This document shows, in pieces, positions 52,197-64,000 of a stretch of 64,000 nucleotides of DNA. The notes below the pieces were generated by a model. The model saw only the letters and a list, made by a program, of their open reading frames with translations, had not been told where the DNA came from and searched no databases. Within the stretch, counting starts at the first letter, position 1, and the number at the start of each line of letters is the position of its first letter. Origin of the DNA: Moniliella sp. 'wahieum' (Eukaryota); assembly GCA_003971905.1 (NCBI GenBank), contig RSEE01000118.1, forward strand, positions 1 through 64,000, written 5' to 3'. Both the position numbers and the translations under genes were made by a program.

Positions 52197-55100
52197 AAGG
52201 GGACGACGAGGGGGCCGCTGGAGTGCGTATCAGGGAAGGGGAGACGGAGGGTGGTGGATGGGGAGAGCGAGCGGTGTTGGGCTGTTGGTGGGCCGCTTAG
52301 CGGGGCAGGGGATGCGTGGGCCCGTTGGCCTGCGGCGAGGGGTCGGGGAAGTGGGGGAGACCGGGGAAGTGGTGGTGTAGAAACCGTCGTAATGGGTGGG
52401 GGGCGAAGTCTGAGCCTGAGCCTGCGCCTGCGTCGGATGCCAGTGAGAGGGAACTTGATCGGGGAGGGCGGGCAGGCTGTCGTCGCTGGCATGACAGGAA
52501 GGAGTCAGCAGGGCGACCGTCTCCTTGTGAAACGATTTCTGGGAAGAGGGCGACGCCAATGGTGATGGGGATAATGGCCATGGCGGTGGGGAGGGGGAGG
52601 GGGAGGGGGATGCCGATCGTCGAGGAGGAGGCAGTGGGTGTTGTGGCATGTCATGCACTGCTGTGGGCTGGGGGAGCGGGTGAGGTGGCGCGTGATCAGG
52701 CATTGGTAAGGAGTGGCTAGACAAAGCGGGGGAGAGGGAACAGGGGGGGACGGTTGAGGTGCGCTCCAGAGACGTTTCCACCCGCGACGTTGGTGTTGGG
52801 AGGAAGGGAATGGGCCATGGATCGGAGGCAGTTCCTGGCGTCCATCGAGGTCGTACAAGTTGAGTTTGGTCAAGGCTGCTTTGCCGGTAAGCTGTTGGAA
52901 GGGGGGGTAGGGCGGTTTGCCCTGGGCGGCCAAGGCGAGTGCTCGTGCTTCCATTGCACGGGCAGTGCGAACCCTGCGCCTGGCCTCGGCCTCGAGCCCG
53001 CGCATCAACTGCGCATGCACCACCACCTCGGTCTTTTTGGTCTTGTTGCCCCCAAGCCATATCAGCAGCCCTGCCAACGCATTGGACGTGAGGGAGGACG
53101 AGATGATCATGGCGGTCAGGACGGTGGAACGGTGGTGGTACTCAATCCCCCACGTCACACCACACAGGGCCGCTTGCAACAAGGTGTGCAAATCGGACAG
53201 GATCACGATCGCAATCGCTCGCTTGGCACTGAACGCGCGGTGGGTCTCCGTCTCATGGTAGCGGTAGTAGTTGTGCGCGGCACGGAACTTTCTCTGCTGA
53301 TACACCAGCTCACTCTCCTCAGCGAGCGAAAGCAACGCTGGCTCGGCATCCGCCGGCACCGCATACGCCACCCGGCTCTCAGGGCCGTCCAGCAGGAACG
53401 CAGCCCCAAGCTCCAGCGCGGGTCTGTGCCCCCCACCGAGGTGTTGGGATGGGCCACGACCGTCGCCAGGAGCGGGGTGATGGTGGTGTTGGTGTTGGAG
53501 AAATGAGAATCAAGTCGCTCCCCAGTGCTCTCCTCGGGGCCGCAGGCCGCACTCGAAACCACGGAACCGGTGGCCGAATTTCAGGAGCTCGGTACTCGGA
53601 CCGGGACCGGACCAGCACATGCACACGCTGCCCATTGGACGTGGGGACAACCACCCGGACTGGCAGGACTGGCGGGACTAGCGGGACTAGCAGGACTAGC
53701 GGGACTGGTGGCCCGAAGGAAGAAAAGACGCAGTGTCGCTGGTAACAGGGCGTTGTGATGCAGGTCGAACAGGTAGTTGGGTCCCAGGCGTGTGGGCCTC
53801 TTCCACCAAAGAACGCAAGGGGTCTGCGGCTCCCGAAGGCCGGGTCTGCGGGCCCATGAAACCAGAGGACGAAGTGGGGTACTGGGCCAGGGCGCCGGCA
53901 TTCAATGCGTCATCGGGCAGGATGACGGTCACTGGCCGATCTCCTTGAGCCGTACGAGCAGTGGGTGGGATTTGATGCTGTGAGGATGGGGTGGCGACGA
54001 GGAGTGGCTGGGGACGGTGTGACCCAACGGACGAGGGCGATGGGAGGCTCGGAGAATCCGCGAGAGGAGGGCGAACGTGGAGCGGGGTGCGGGCGCAGCC
54101 AGATCGACAGTTTCTCTTTCTCTTTGCTGCTGCACTCCAACCGAGGGATCCAAGGAAATCGACAGGCCACCCCCGGTCCGAGTCTGGGAAGGGTGGACAC
54201 TCCCGACGTCACCATGCCAAATTCGGTAGGTGTGAGCGCAGAAGCAGTAGGTGTCGTCGCACTGCGCTGGGTCACTGCGACCGCCACGCGGCTGCTTCCT
54301 CCGCCACCTGTATCTCTGCCTGGGCTGTTGTCGCATGACGGACGCGATCGTGGATTCCCGCGTGGGCCTGCGCCTGCTTTTTGCGAGCGCGGCGTTGTTG
54401 AGGCGTGAGCGATTCATTGCTCTTTATTTTCTGCAGGGGAAGAGCTCATCCTGAGCTTCTTGGTCCGCTTCTGCTGGAGGCAGATGGCGACGCCGGTTGG
54501 TATCGTATAAACGGTAGGCATACGAGCGGGGCAGATCATTAGGGTCCTGTAGGGGAGTAAGCCCAGCTGTTTGCGCCGACGAAGCACGGAGGCGGTACCG
54601 AGTGATGCGGAACATGCGATACGAGTCACGGGCACGTGAGGGGGCTAAGGGAAGCCCGTCAGGTTAAACAAAACACACAGGATCTTGTCGCACCGCTCAA
54701 TCCAAAGCCGCCGATGGGGAGGGTTCCACCAGTGTACAATCAAGAGGAAAATGGCAATCCCCCATGATGCGATGAGCAGCCCATAGAGGACCATTAAGAA
54801 GCCCATGGCTGCATAGTGGAATCAGTATAGTCAGGAAGAGTGGGAAAAAGAGTCAACTCTCACTTGAAAAGGAAGGAATGCAATGAGGGAGTGCATGGCA
54901 GTGGGGGGAAACGTACGTGTTTTCAAATATCTTCCAAAGCCAAGCAGCCCGCGCCGAAAACGTTCACGCGGTTGCATAAGGCGCGAAATGGTCGCTTCAA
55001 CTGCTGCGTCTTCCTCTTCCTGTTCTTGCGCGGTTAACTGTGCCTGGTCGCTGAGGTCGCCCCGAGAACCCGCCCCATCTTTGTCTAGCTGCGGCATTTG

Positions 55101-55931
55101 TGCCTGCAGAACATTAGCGGGATCCGGAAGTGGAGAATGGCGAGAGTTCAGAGTAGGGTGATGGATATCGGCTCCCAAGTCAAGAGAGACGTTATTGGGG
55201 TCTCCGTCCTCGTGGTACGCCACCGAGTCATAAGTGTTCGCAGTGACCCCGAGGGGATCGTGGCGGGGAACGGAAATGGTGTGTTCGGGCATGGCGTTCA
55301 GAGCAGAAGGGCCTGTTGGGTGGGGGACTGCTCTACTAGCCCCAGCGGAACTCGACTGGCTTGTCCGGTGTCCCAGAAGCGACCCTCTCCTCGGGCGGCT
55401 GATAAAAAGGGGACAAGGGAGCCGAGTCGATCCCGGCGGCTTGCTAACGAGGTCCGACGTGAACTGGGGATGGCAGGACTGGCAATCGCAGTACTGTTGA
55501 GCTGGTGGTGGGAACCCCACTCCTCTGCTGTATCCTTTTTCACCGAGGATGGAGGGCGGGGGCAAGGTCGTTCCAAGAGGGGATCGGGGGCGGGTGAAAG
55601 GAGGGGCCAAAAAGGACACCTTGGATGTTGCTCCAGGTGTTCATCGTCGCATACGCAGGATCCACAACGTCCCACACATCCGCCTCTTGAGCACGCTCGG
55701 CCTCGGCATTGGCCGCGGCTTCGGCACGGGTCTCGACGGTGGTAAACTGGCCGCGAGGGGGTGGAACGATGGCGTTGTTGAATGGGAGGCGGGGCGAGTG
55801 GTGGAGGTGGATGCGTGCTTGGCAGGCGTAAAGGGCAAGGGGCGCGGAGGCGCAGAAACGGAGGGTGGGGGCAGCGCCGTGTCGCCATCCGCCTGCGCCG
55901 GACGCGGCAGCGGGCGCGGTGGGCGTGCCAT
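52190..55931 (-). CDS. Multi-pass membrane protein, DUF2985-like; intron near 54810-54915; boundaries approximate
   Basis: RFRRGLLGFGRYLKT..PMGFLMVLYGLLIASWG..WIERCDKILCVLFNLTG..APSRARDSYRM, and C-terminal HNYYRYHETETHRAFS..AIVILSDLHTLLQAALCGVTWG..NALAGLLIWLGGNKTKKTEVV. Confidence 0.65.
53657..53710. repeat. 9-bp tandem repeat (GGACTRGCR) x6
   Basis: Direct inspection; reads (SPA)n on the - strand. Confidence 0.85.
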
Positions 55932-56924
55932 CTACGATGTGAATGGCGTATTAACACCACAGCACAGCAGAGGGCGAGGCTGTCTGCCCGGGCGTGCTGG
56001 GTGGTGGGCAATCAGAGCGGGGTGACGGAGACGCAGCGAGAGAGCCTGAGAGGTGGACGGGCGAAGACGATGGGAGAAGAGCCAGCAACGATGGCAACCA
56101 ATGATATATCCGGGCGCTGGCATTACCGCCTCATTGCAGTCCACCGCGGTGCACAGGTGGCACTGTCCTTTGGGGGCACTGGGCCAGTGTGGTCTTGGCC
56201 GGAGTCTGGCGTACGAAGCCTACTGCGGGGTGTCAAGCTTCAAGCTTTTCAAGCTTCAAGATCCGCGGCGCACCGCCCTCAGAGCCAGCCACACCACCAG
56301 GGGGGTGGGACAGAGGAGAGGCGTGCTGGACTCGGCTGGTTGCTCGCAGCTCGCACCTCTGGGGCTCTGCCGCAGCTTCTGCCGCTCGTTGTGTCCTTGC
56401 GCCCAGCGCACCCACGCATCGCTGCCTGCGCAGCGCCAAACTAACAACGCACACCTGCGCCACAAATAAAAAATGCACTCTCGTGAAGATCTTTTATTCC
56501 TCCCCGCGATTCTACGTTGGTTCTGGTCCGGCGCGGCTATAAGACGGCCGGCTTCCCATTGATAACGCGGCCCCTCGTAGCTCTACCCATACACACACAG
56601 TAAGGAACACTACTCATCCCATTACGCGGGTATGGGCGGCATGCCCACAGTGAAAAGCAAGAGGGCGAGAAGAGGGCAAGAAAGGATTCAAAAGAGGCAG
56701 CTAAAGAATGGAAGTTGTGTTGGTTCTGAAGAGAGGCACAGGAGCCTATGAGAAGGGTAGGGCCTTGTAGAGCCGATGGTACTGAGGTGCAGAGGGAGAG
56801 TCCAGGCGGATAAGAGGGGTGATGCCTATCCCGCAGGATGGCGTGATTGGGGGGGGCATTGCTCCAAAACAACGAAAGTTGAAGGTCAAGCCGTTGTGCA
56901 ACGTTCCACGTTAACCGTTAACCG

Positions 56925-59727
56925 TTAAGCAAGCGTAGCCGCCGCATGCGACAGCACCACCTTGCCTGTCTCCTTGATCTTGGCCAGAAATGTGACCTGC
57001 TTGCCCTCCTTCCACGCTGGGTCACCACCGTCTCGCCCGGGAAGACGGTCGAGGCAAAGCGGACCTTGACCGAAACAATGGGCCCATAAGTATCCACAAT
57101 CGCCTTGGTCGCCGGCAAAGGTGCAGAGGCCATGCAGGATCGGGCGGGAGAAGCCGCCGACCTTGGCAAAGTCGGGATCAATGTGCAGTGGGTTAAAGTC
57201 CCGCTCACCGGTACAACAGTACAGCGCTGCCTGGTCCACGTTCGTCTTCTGTTCCACCACCGCATCCGGCGCCGCGCAGGGGCGTGTTGACCCGCGCTTG
57301 CCTCGCCCCGGTCCTTGCCCGTCTTCTTGCCGCCAAACCCGCCCGCGCCGCGGATAAACACAGTAGACTGGTTCTCAAACAACAAGTCGCCCGATTCCTT
57401 TCATACGTCTTGGTCACGTCGTCACCGCGGCCGCCTTGCCCTTGTCCAGCACCTCGAGCAGCGCCGGCTTGATGACCAATGTACCGGCCACGGGGATCTC
57501 CTTGTAAATCTTCAGGTACTGTTCCCCGTGCAGCAACATCATTGGGCTAAAGTTGGGCAGCCAGTCGAGCGGTGGAAGAGGAGGCGCTAAACTGAGGAAT
57601 GACGCCAAACGTGGGCAAGGCCTGGAAGTCATCCGCTTGCTCAAACGTATACTTCCGCTCGGTCGCCTTGGCGCCCACGCCAAGGTTGTAGAGAATGACA
57701 TCCTTCTCGTCGTACGTGTACTCGGACGACTCGGTCGGTTGCTTCTTCGCCTCCCGGACCAACTCTGGGTCTTCAGGATCAATCGACGACGCCTCGCCCG
57801 CCTCCTCTACTTCCTCCACCTCGTCCCCTCACCATCCAAGTTGGCCATAATGTCGCCCAGTGCTCCTGGGTATCGGCGGGCCAATTGGCACGCTCGGGGT
57901 CAAAGTCAAAGATGCGCGTGATGCGCGCAGCCACCTTCTCCGGGGTCAGGGGCGTTTGGTGACTAAAGGCAACCCCACCAGCACGCTCCCAGCGTACCGC
58001 CGCCACCCAACCGCCCGACACCTCAACAGACCCTTGGTCACGTCTTCATTGTCCTCCGATGCCAGGTAAAACCACCAGCGGCGCAACATAGTCTGGCTTG
58101 AACGCATCCACCCTCTCCTGTGGCCAAACGGTCGCCGTCATAGCCGTCCCAGCGTTCGGGGCAATCGTGTTGGCCAAAATGTTGTACTTGGCGCCTTCAA
58201 TGGATAGGGTTTGAGTCAAGCCCAAAATGGCCGCCTTAGCCGTCGAGTAGTTGGCTTGACCAAAGTTGCCGTACAGCCCAACAGAAGAGGTGGTGTTAAT
58301 GATGCGGCCGTACTTTTGCTGGAGGAAGATGGGCCAGGCCGCCTTGCAGATGGAGTAGGTGCCGCGCAAGTGCACTGCAAGCACTGCCTTCCACTCGTCG
58401 TCCGTCATCGAGGCAAAGGACTTGTCGCGTAGAATACCTGCATTGTTGATGACTACATGCAGTCCGCCAAACGCCTTGACTGCCGCCTCGACAATCTTGG
58501 TGCCTTCCTCCACCGAGCCAATCGCCGGTGCGGCCTTCCCCCGGCCTTTTGAATCGCCTCTACTACCTCGGCCACATTCTTTTCGGAAAGTCATTGACCA
58601 CCACATTGGCCCCCGCCTTGCCAAACAAGAGCGCATACGCCTTGCCTAGTCCAGCGCCAGCGCCCGTGACGAGCACCGTCTTGCCATCAAATCGCACCTC
58701 GCCCCCCTGTTCATTGGCAGGGGCCTTCTTGGAGCGCTCAAGATGCTCCAGATGGTTGGCATCCGTAATGGCGGTCGGGTACTCCACGTCGCCATCAAAG
58801 TCAAGAATGTCATCAATCTTGGCCTTAATGGCGGCAGGGGTAAAGGTCGCGTCGGCGCGGAACACGTGGCCCTTGGTACGTTGGCGGCGCAGGCCCGCAT
58901 TGAAGCCTGCGCCCGACTCGATCAGCTGCCCTGTCACCTCCGAGTTGGCTGCACTGACCAGGTAGGCCACCAGTGGCGCCACATACTCCGGCTGCAGTTT
59001 CTCCAGAATCTCCGGCGGCATCACCGTTGCCGTCATCTGTGACGCGGCAATGGGAGCAATCGTGTTGACGAGAATGTTGTACTTGGCGCCCTCGATCGAC
59101 AGGGTGCGCGAAAAGCCGTAGAGTCCCAACTTGGCGGCACTGTAGTTGGCCTGGCCAAAGTTGCCGTAGATACCAGCGGCAGAAGAGATGTTGATGATGC
59201 GACCGTACTGGAGCAAGAACGAGGACACAAGTCAGAGACGGCAACAGGTGATCGAAGGAGAGGAAGGAAAACGAGAAGCAACAAACCTTTTGCTTGCGCA
59301 TGTAGGGCCAGGCAGCATGCGCACAGGTGTAGGATCCGGTCACATGCACGGCAATGACCGCATCAAACTCAGCGTCAGTCATCGACTTGAACGACTTGTC
59401 GCGCAGAATGCCGGCATTGTTGATGACAATGTCAATGCGGCCCCATGTGTCGACGGCCTGCTTACCAGCTTGTCGCCCTCAATGTTGGAGTTGTAGTTTG
59501 GCAATCGCTTCGCCACCGGCAGCCTTGATCTGGGCCACAACCACGTCGGCGGCCTTCTTGCTCTTGTCTTCGACAGCGGGGCCGAGGTCGTTGACGACGA
59601 CCTTGGCGCCGCGTGGCTGGCCAAGGACGGCGTAGGCCTTGCCGATGCCGTTGCCGGCGCCGGATGATGGAGCCATCTCGTTCTTGAAGGAGATGGAGCC
59701 GTTCTCGAGCTCGGGGAAGTGGGACAT
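56925..59727 (-). CDS. FOX2: Peroxisomal multifunctional beta-oxidation enzyme MFE-2 (two SDR domains plus hydratase 2), intron 59208-59286
   Basis: [32 protein letters not shown] (x2), [50 protein letters not shown] and [28 protein letters not shown]. Confidence 0.95.
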
Positions 59728-60418
59728 GCTGGCGATGGTGGCAAGCAACGGGGGCGAGGAAGGCGAGGCGGCCGACGTTAAAAGGCGGGGAAGTGCGGGG
59801 GGGGGCGGTGAAAGCACGGCCAGAAGCCAGTACCTGGGGCGGTGCCTGCTGTGGGGGCCGGCTAATAAGGCAGCGTTAATGACGCGCTAACTGCGACGTG
59901 GGGGCGATGGGTGACTGGTGACATGCATGCTGCACCTGTACTGCGTATAATACCTGCATCGACTGCGTCTGTGCGTCGGTCGGCGTTGGGTGAATGGGCG
60001 AGGCAGGCCTAGCGCTTTGCCTTTTGCCCCACCAACAGGAGGGTCGGGTGTAAGCACGGACATACCTTGGTACACAACTGGGGTGTTATACCTGCTCTGC
60101 CCGCGCCGGGTTGGCTCTTGCGGCTGGAAGAAGCTTGGAGCTTGAAGCTTGAAGGCTCGGTGTGGCTCGGGCGGCGTTAGGCCTTTAAAACGCCCAGTGC
60201 ATCACTATACGCGCCAAGCGCCCCCGGCTTGCCCTCCAGCACTCCTATTGAAGGTCTATTCCACAGATCGCCTGCGTCCTCGGGCTGTGTGGAGAAAATA
60301 TATCAACAGTCTAATGTCCGCCACAGCGAACAGGAGACCCGGCCTAGGCGACCCAACTTCCATCACCGTTACGCACGTGGTCATCCCGTTCGTGTCCATC
60401 AACGTATCTTTCTCTTTC

Positions 60419-61547
60419 TCATGCCTCGTCCCCATCGGCAAGCCACTTGGCTAGGACTGAGCCCAGGACTTGTTGTCTGGCTGTCCCACCAAAAGTGGCC
60501 AAAGTCAAGGCCAACGAGCGGGTGGACGAGGAAGGTAGCCTGGGGCAAAGCGGCGCGCAGCCATTCTGCCGCGACGGGTAGTAACGATCTTGTCCGCGTC
60601 GCCCTGCAAGGTGGCGATGGGCAGCTGGGCCGGCAAGCGAGCCAAGAGCGGGCACTGGTCGGCGCCAGTGACAATGAGATGGAACTGAGCTGCGACCACT
60701 TCGCGAGGCCGGTCGACCGACAGTGTATCCTTCACGCGCGTGTCAAAGAACGCTTGGTTGGCTGGATTGGCCAGCCAACTGGCGCATACGCCTTCTCCAA
60801 CAGCCACCGTGCCGCGCGTTCCTGTCCTCTTGGGGTCCGGACTTTCGCTCACTATTTCGCCCATCTTGGCCGGGTCCATGTCGGTGCCTGGGAACCGGGG
60901 CATGGTGGCAGCCAGAATGACCTTGTGGATTTCCACCCCTTCAATCACCAGAGGCAGGGACAACTGTCCCTTGTCCTTGGCTGCGTCTGGTTCGGCAGCC
61001 AGGTTACGGGTGATGATGTGCTGGACAGTGTAGCCACCCATGGACCAGCCCAGGAGCGAGCAGCGCTGAATCTGGAGATGGTGCAGCACGTCGAGTGCGT
61101 CCTGCGCCATCTGATCAGCACGCAGTTGCTCTGGCTTAAAGCCGGGAGGAAAGACAGATTCGCCCATGCCGCGGTTGTCCATCACAATCACCGGGCGAAC
61201 GGGCGCATGGTCTTCCTCGCCATTGACGACGAGCAGCTGGGGGAACGGGTCCCAATCTGTCATTAGGCAGGAGAGACCTGTAATCTGGGAACACAAAAGA
61301 AGCGCATCAGTCAGTCGATCCGTTTGTGCAATTGGAAACCTTCGGGGGAGGGCAGCGCCTCAATTTGTTGTGACGGCGGGGGCCATGCGTTTAGCTGGCC
61401 AGGAATGAAACGCACCACGAGCAACGGCACGCCCTTGGCCGAGGGAGCAAAGATGCGGTAGGCAAGTTTGGCACCATCGCGTCCGACCACTGTCCCTTTG
61501 TTGAAGGGGATAGAGGCCAAAGGACCGGATGTAGGGATGAATGGCAT
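60419..61547 (-). CDS. Alpha/beta-hydrolase, paralog 1, intron 61285-61415
   Basis: RDGAKLAYRIF, VMDNRGMGES, MAQDALDVL, nucleophile elbow GWSMGG, LQGDADKIV (Asp) and DFGHFW (His). Confidence 0.85.
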
Positions 61548-61651
61548 GGTGGTGTGTTGTGCGCAACAGAGTCAGAGGAAGCGAGGTGGAAAAGCTAGGG
61601 GAGAAAGCAATGAGGACTTTTCTATACGCACAGCCAAAGGGGGGTGTTTGG

Positions 61652-61659
61652 TATATATA
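61652..61659 (-). promoter_or_regulatory. TATA-like box upstream of hydrolase paralog 1
   Basis: TATATATA ~105 bp upstream of the ATG at 61547. Confidence 0.3.
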
Positions 61660-63502
61660 GGTAGCAGACAGCGTCCACAGACGCTCAGCTTGGCGCTTAA
61701 CGTTTAACGTTGACGCTTATTTTGTTGGCACGCATCGCAGTTCGATATTGGCCCAGAGAGCGATCCGAGAGCTAAGAGAGGGGATCGACAGAGAAGACAT
61801 TTGTTGGGAATGGAGCTAGAATGGAGGGGATTCGCTTATCAGCGAGGGTATGCAATCTGGCCAATCACTCTGACTCGGGTCGTCGGGCACCACTAGCACA
61901 ACGAAGAGGTGATGCAGGTGATGACGATGATGCAGATGGTCGATGTCGATGATGAGATCGATGACAAGGCGAACCGGCGTTGTGGACCCTTTTTTAACAC
62001 GTGGCGCCCACGTGCGGTGCTACCGGTAGCTAACCGGCCCGACGACGGACCTATGGGCGGCGAGGCTGCTGGCTGACATGTGGCAGGCGCTCCCACGCTC
62101 TGACAGCGTTGGAACATGGTGTGGCGGGCTCAGCGCTCAGTCTGAGTAGTCAGTGTGCTCGCATACTGTGCATTATGTCATAGGCGCTCAGGCCTGTCTG
62201 AGATCTGACACCCTATTCCTGAGGGGCAGAGCGCGTCTTCTGACATGCATGATATGCCCCGACAACTGACACACCACACACCACAGCAACCTGCCGTGGC
62301 CATACCAGGCCATACCTGCTCGGCATGCCGAATTCAATCGACCCCGCTGTGCCTGACCCTTCTGACGGCTCAGGCTGAGCGCGGGCTGCTGAGTACTGAG
62401 TTGAGTATACTGAGTGCTGAGTCTCAGCCTGTTGCTCCATGGAATCCAAGCTAGCAGTCTCCTGCCATTAAAGTTTGAACGCACAGTAGACCGCGGTAGT
62501 CGGCAAGGAATCATTCAATCGTACCGGAAGTGTGGGGGTCAGATCTCAGAGCAGGAACAGCGGGGCTGCGAAGGCGGTGTTTTGTATACGAGCCATGTAG
62601 TCGCTTGGGGCCTGAGGTCCAGAGGCCTTCAGAGTGTAATGAGGCTTAAAGCTTAAGGTGAAAGCAGGGTAGCCGTCACTTGCTCATGCGGGAATAAGGG
62701 GCCACATAGCATAACCCTTTTGGTCTGGTTCGGGGCATGTGGGGGATGGGCGATGGCGCTGCGGCTCCGATGGGCTGCCTTGAAGCTTGAAGCTTGAGTT
62801 GAGTACTGAAAGTATTGTGGGGGGTACTTTCATACTCCTGTCTTGATCGATCGTCTATCGCCCCTCCTTCTCGCCCTCGCAGTTACTGAAGCTCATGAAG
62901 AATCCCAGGCATCGGGTTATACTTGTCATTACTACCACTGTGTTTGCCCGCAAAGAGAACATGTCTTTTTCGAAGCCACTAACTAGTAACTACACGTGGT
63001 GAAGTATACTGGTGTGACATGTGACATGTGAGCCTTGGTCGCTTCCATGGACCGTACGGGAACCGCCACCACATCCGCGGATGGCTCGTGTGTTTTGGCC
63101 AGAGGTCCTTCAGTGCCCCCTCAGAGCTTATAGGAGTTCCGTTGTTTTCTCGCTTCTGGTTGCCTTGTTCCGCAGCCTGGCAGCGACTGGCTGCTGGTAG
63201 ACGTTACTGGTTGGCCTGGCTTACACCACCACCACCACACCACCACTAGTGGTATTGCATCACCCTCGAGGACCATCCGACTCCCAATCTCCACACATAT
63301 ACCCTGATGGCAAGAGTTCGAAGGTTGAATACATTCAATGCGCTGAATTTTCCCTTCCTCATATTACCGGCCTTGCCACTGTTCACTCACGTGCATGTGC
63401 CAATATGATCCATTGCCCCCAACGAGGCTCCAAGGGCACGCCCAGCGTCCCACCGCTTCCGACACGGGCGGGTTGGTGCGGTGGACGTGCCTCCTGTTTC
63501 CC

Positions 63503-64000
63503 TTACAGCCGAGCCCGTTCCTCGTCGGCCAAGAACGGCCGAGGACACGAGCCCAGTCGGGCCGTGTGCGGCTGGTCGAACCAAAAGTGGCCAAAGTCGA
63601 GGTGCTGGTGCGGGTGGAGGAGCTGCTTTGCGTGCGGGAGGGCGGAGCGAAGCAACTCGCCTCCGATCGGGTGCACCATGCGGTCTTGCTCGCCGTGGAC
63701 AATGGCAACGGGCAGCGCGGCGGGCAAGCTGGCGAGGAGCGGAGCCTGGTCGTCGCCGGAGAGGATGGCGTTGAGTTGGGCCGTGATGACACGTTGTGGC
63801 CGTTTGCCCTGGAGGCTATCGGCAAGCCGCGTCCAGCACGGCTTGGTTCGCAGGTTGGGCAAGCCAGCTGGGTGCGTACTGCAGTTCCAGCAAGTAACGC
63901 GCGGCGCGTGCGCGTGCCGTGTCCTTGTCCGGGCTGGTACGCAGCAGTTTGGCCATCTTGCCCGGGTCCATGTCCGTACCCACGGCCCTGGGCATGGTGG
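63503..64000 (-). CDS. Alpha/beta-hydrolase, paralog 2 (3' part only; runs off the window), C-terminal PTS1 -ARL
   Basis: TMPR..GTDMDPGKM, RPQRVITAQ, VHGEQDRMV, DFGHFWFD and FLADEERARL*. Colinear with paralog 1 (TMPRFPGTDMDPAKM, RPREVVAAQ, DFGHFWWD, WLAD). Confidence 0.8.
   Translation of the reverse strand, partial: PPCPGPWVRTWTRARWPNCCVPARTRTRHAHAPRVTCWNCSTHPAGLPNLRTKPCWTRLADSLQGKRPQRVITAQLNAILSGDDQAPLLASLPAALPVAIVHGEQDRMVHPIGGELLRSALPHAKQLLHPHQHLDFGHFWFDQPHTARLGSCPRPFLADEERARL

Noticed and set aside
60278..60283. CCTCGG FarA-type fatty-acid response site upstream of FOX2
   Set aside because: A single GC-rich hexamer is expected by chance at this base composition.
34900..63250. Frequent ACTAGT palindromes in intergenic DNA
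   Set aside because: The roughly ten occurrences noticed are about what base composition predicts for 64 kb.

Overview
Eukaryotic, GC-rich fungal DNA with short GT-AG introns. The gene content suggests a basidiomycete, possibly Ustilaginomycotina (inference). The window has two compartments. (1) Positions ~1-16,500 look like a chromosome-end/subtelomeric mosaic. They contain degenerate CCCTAA-like motifs at the very start, a Gag-like double CCHC knuckle, and several decayed + strand pieces of a CRE-clade (Cnl1/MoTeR-type) non-LTR retrotransposon: an RT, an RLE endonuclease segment, an internally deleted copy and two tiny RT fragments. These are interleaved with 3-6 diverged copies of a - strand block that retains ordered traces of a telomere-linked RecQ helicase. 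Large parts of this mosaic are duplicated in tandem. (2) Positions ~16,900-64,000 are ordinary gene-dense sequence: an inositol polyphosphate kinase, SFT2-like, SNU13, a fungal P-loop ATPase, muskelin-like, TPI1, RAD16, a TDA3-like FAD oxidoreductase, a Zn2Cys6 factor, a divergent Sec3-like gene with a 33-bp coding repeat, ARB1/ABCF2, a DUF2985-like membrane protein, FOX2 and two tandem alpha/beta-hydrolases (one ending in the PTS1 tripeptide ARL). Almost every conserved gene carries 1-nt indels, mostly in homopolymers. These are most likely uncorrected long-read errors, so gene boundaries are approximate. All family assignments are by motif recognition only; no searches were run.
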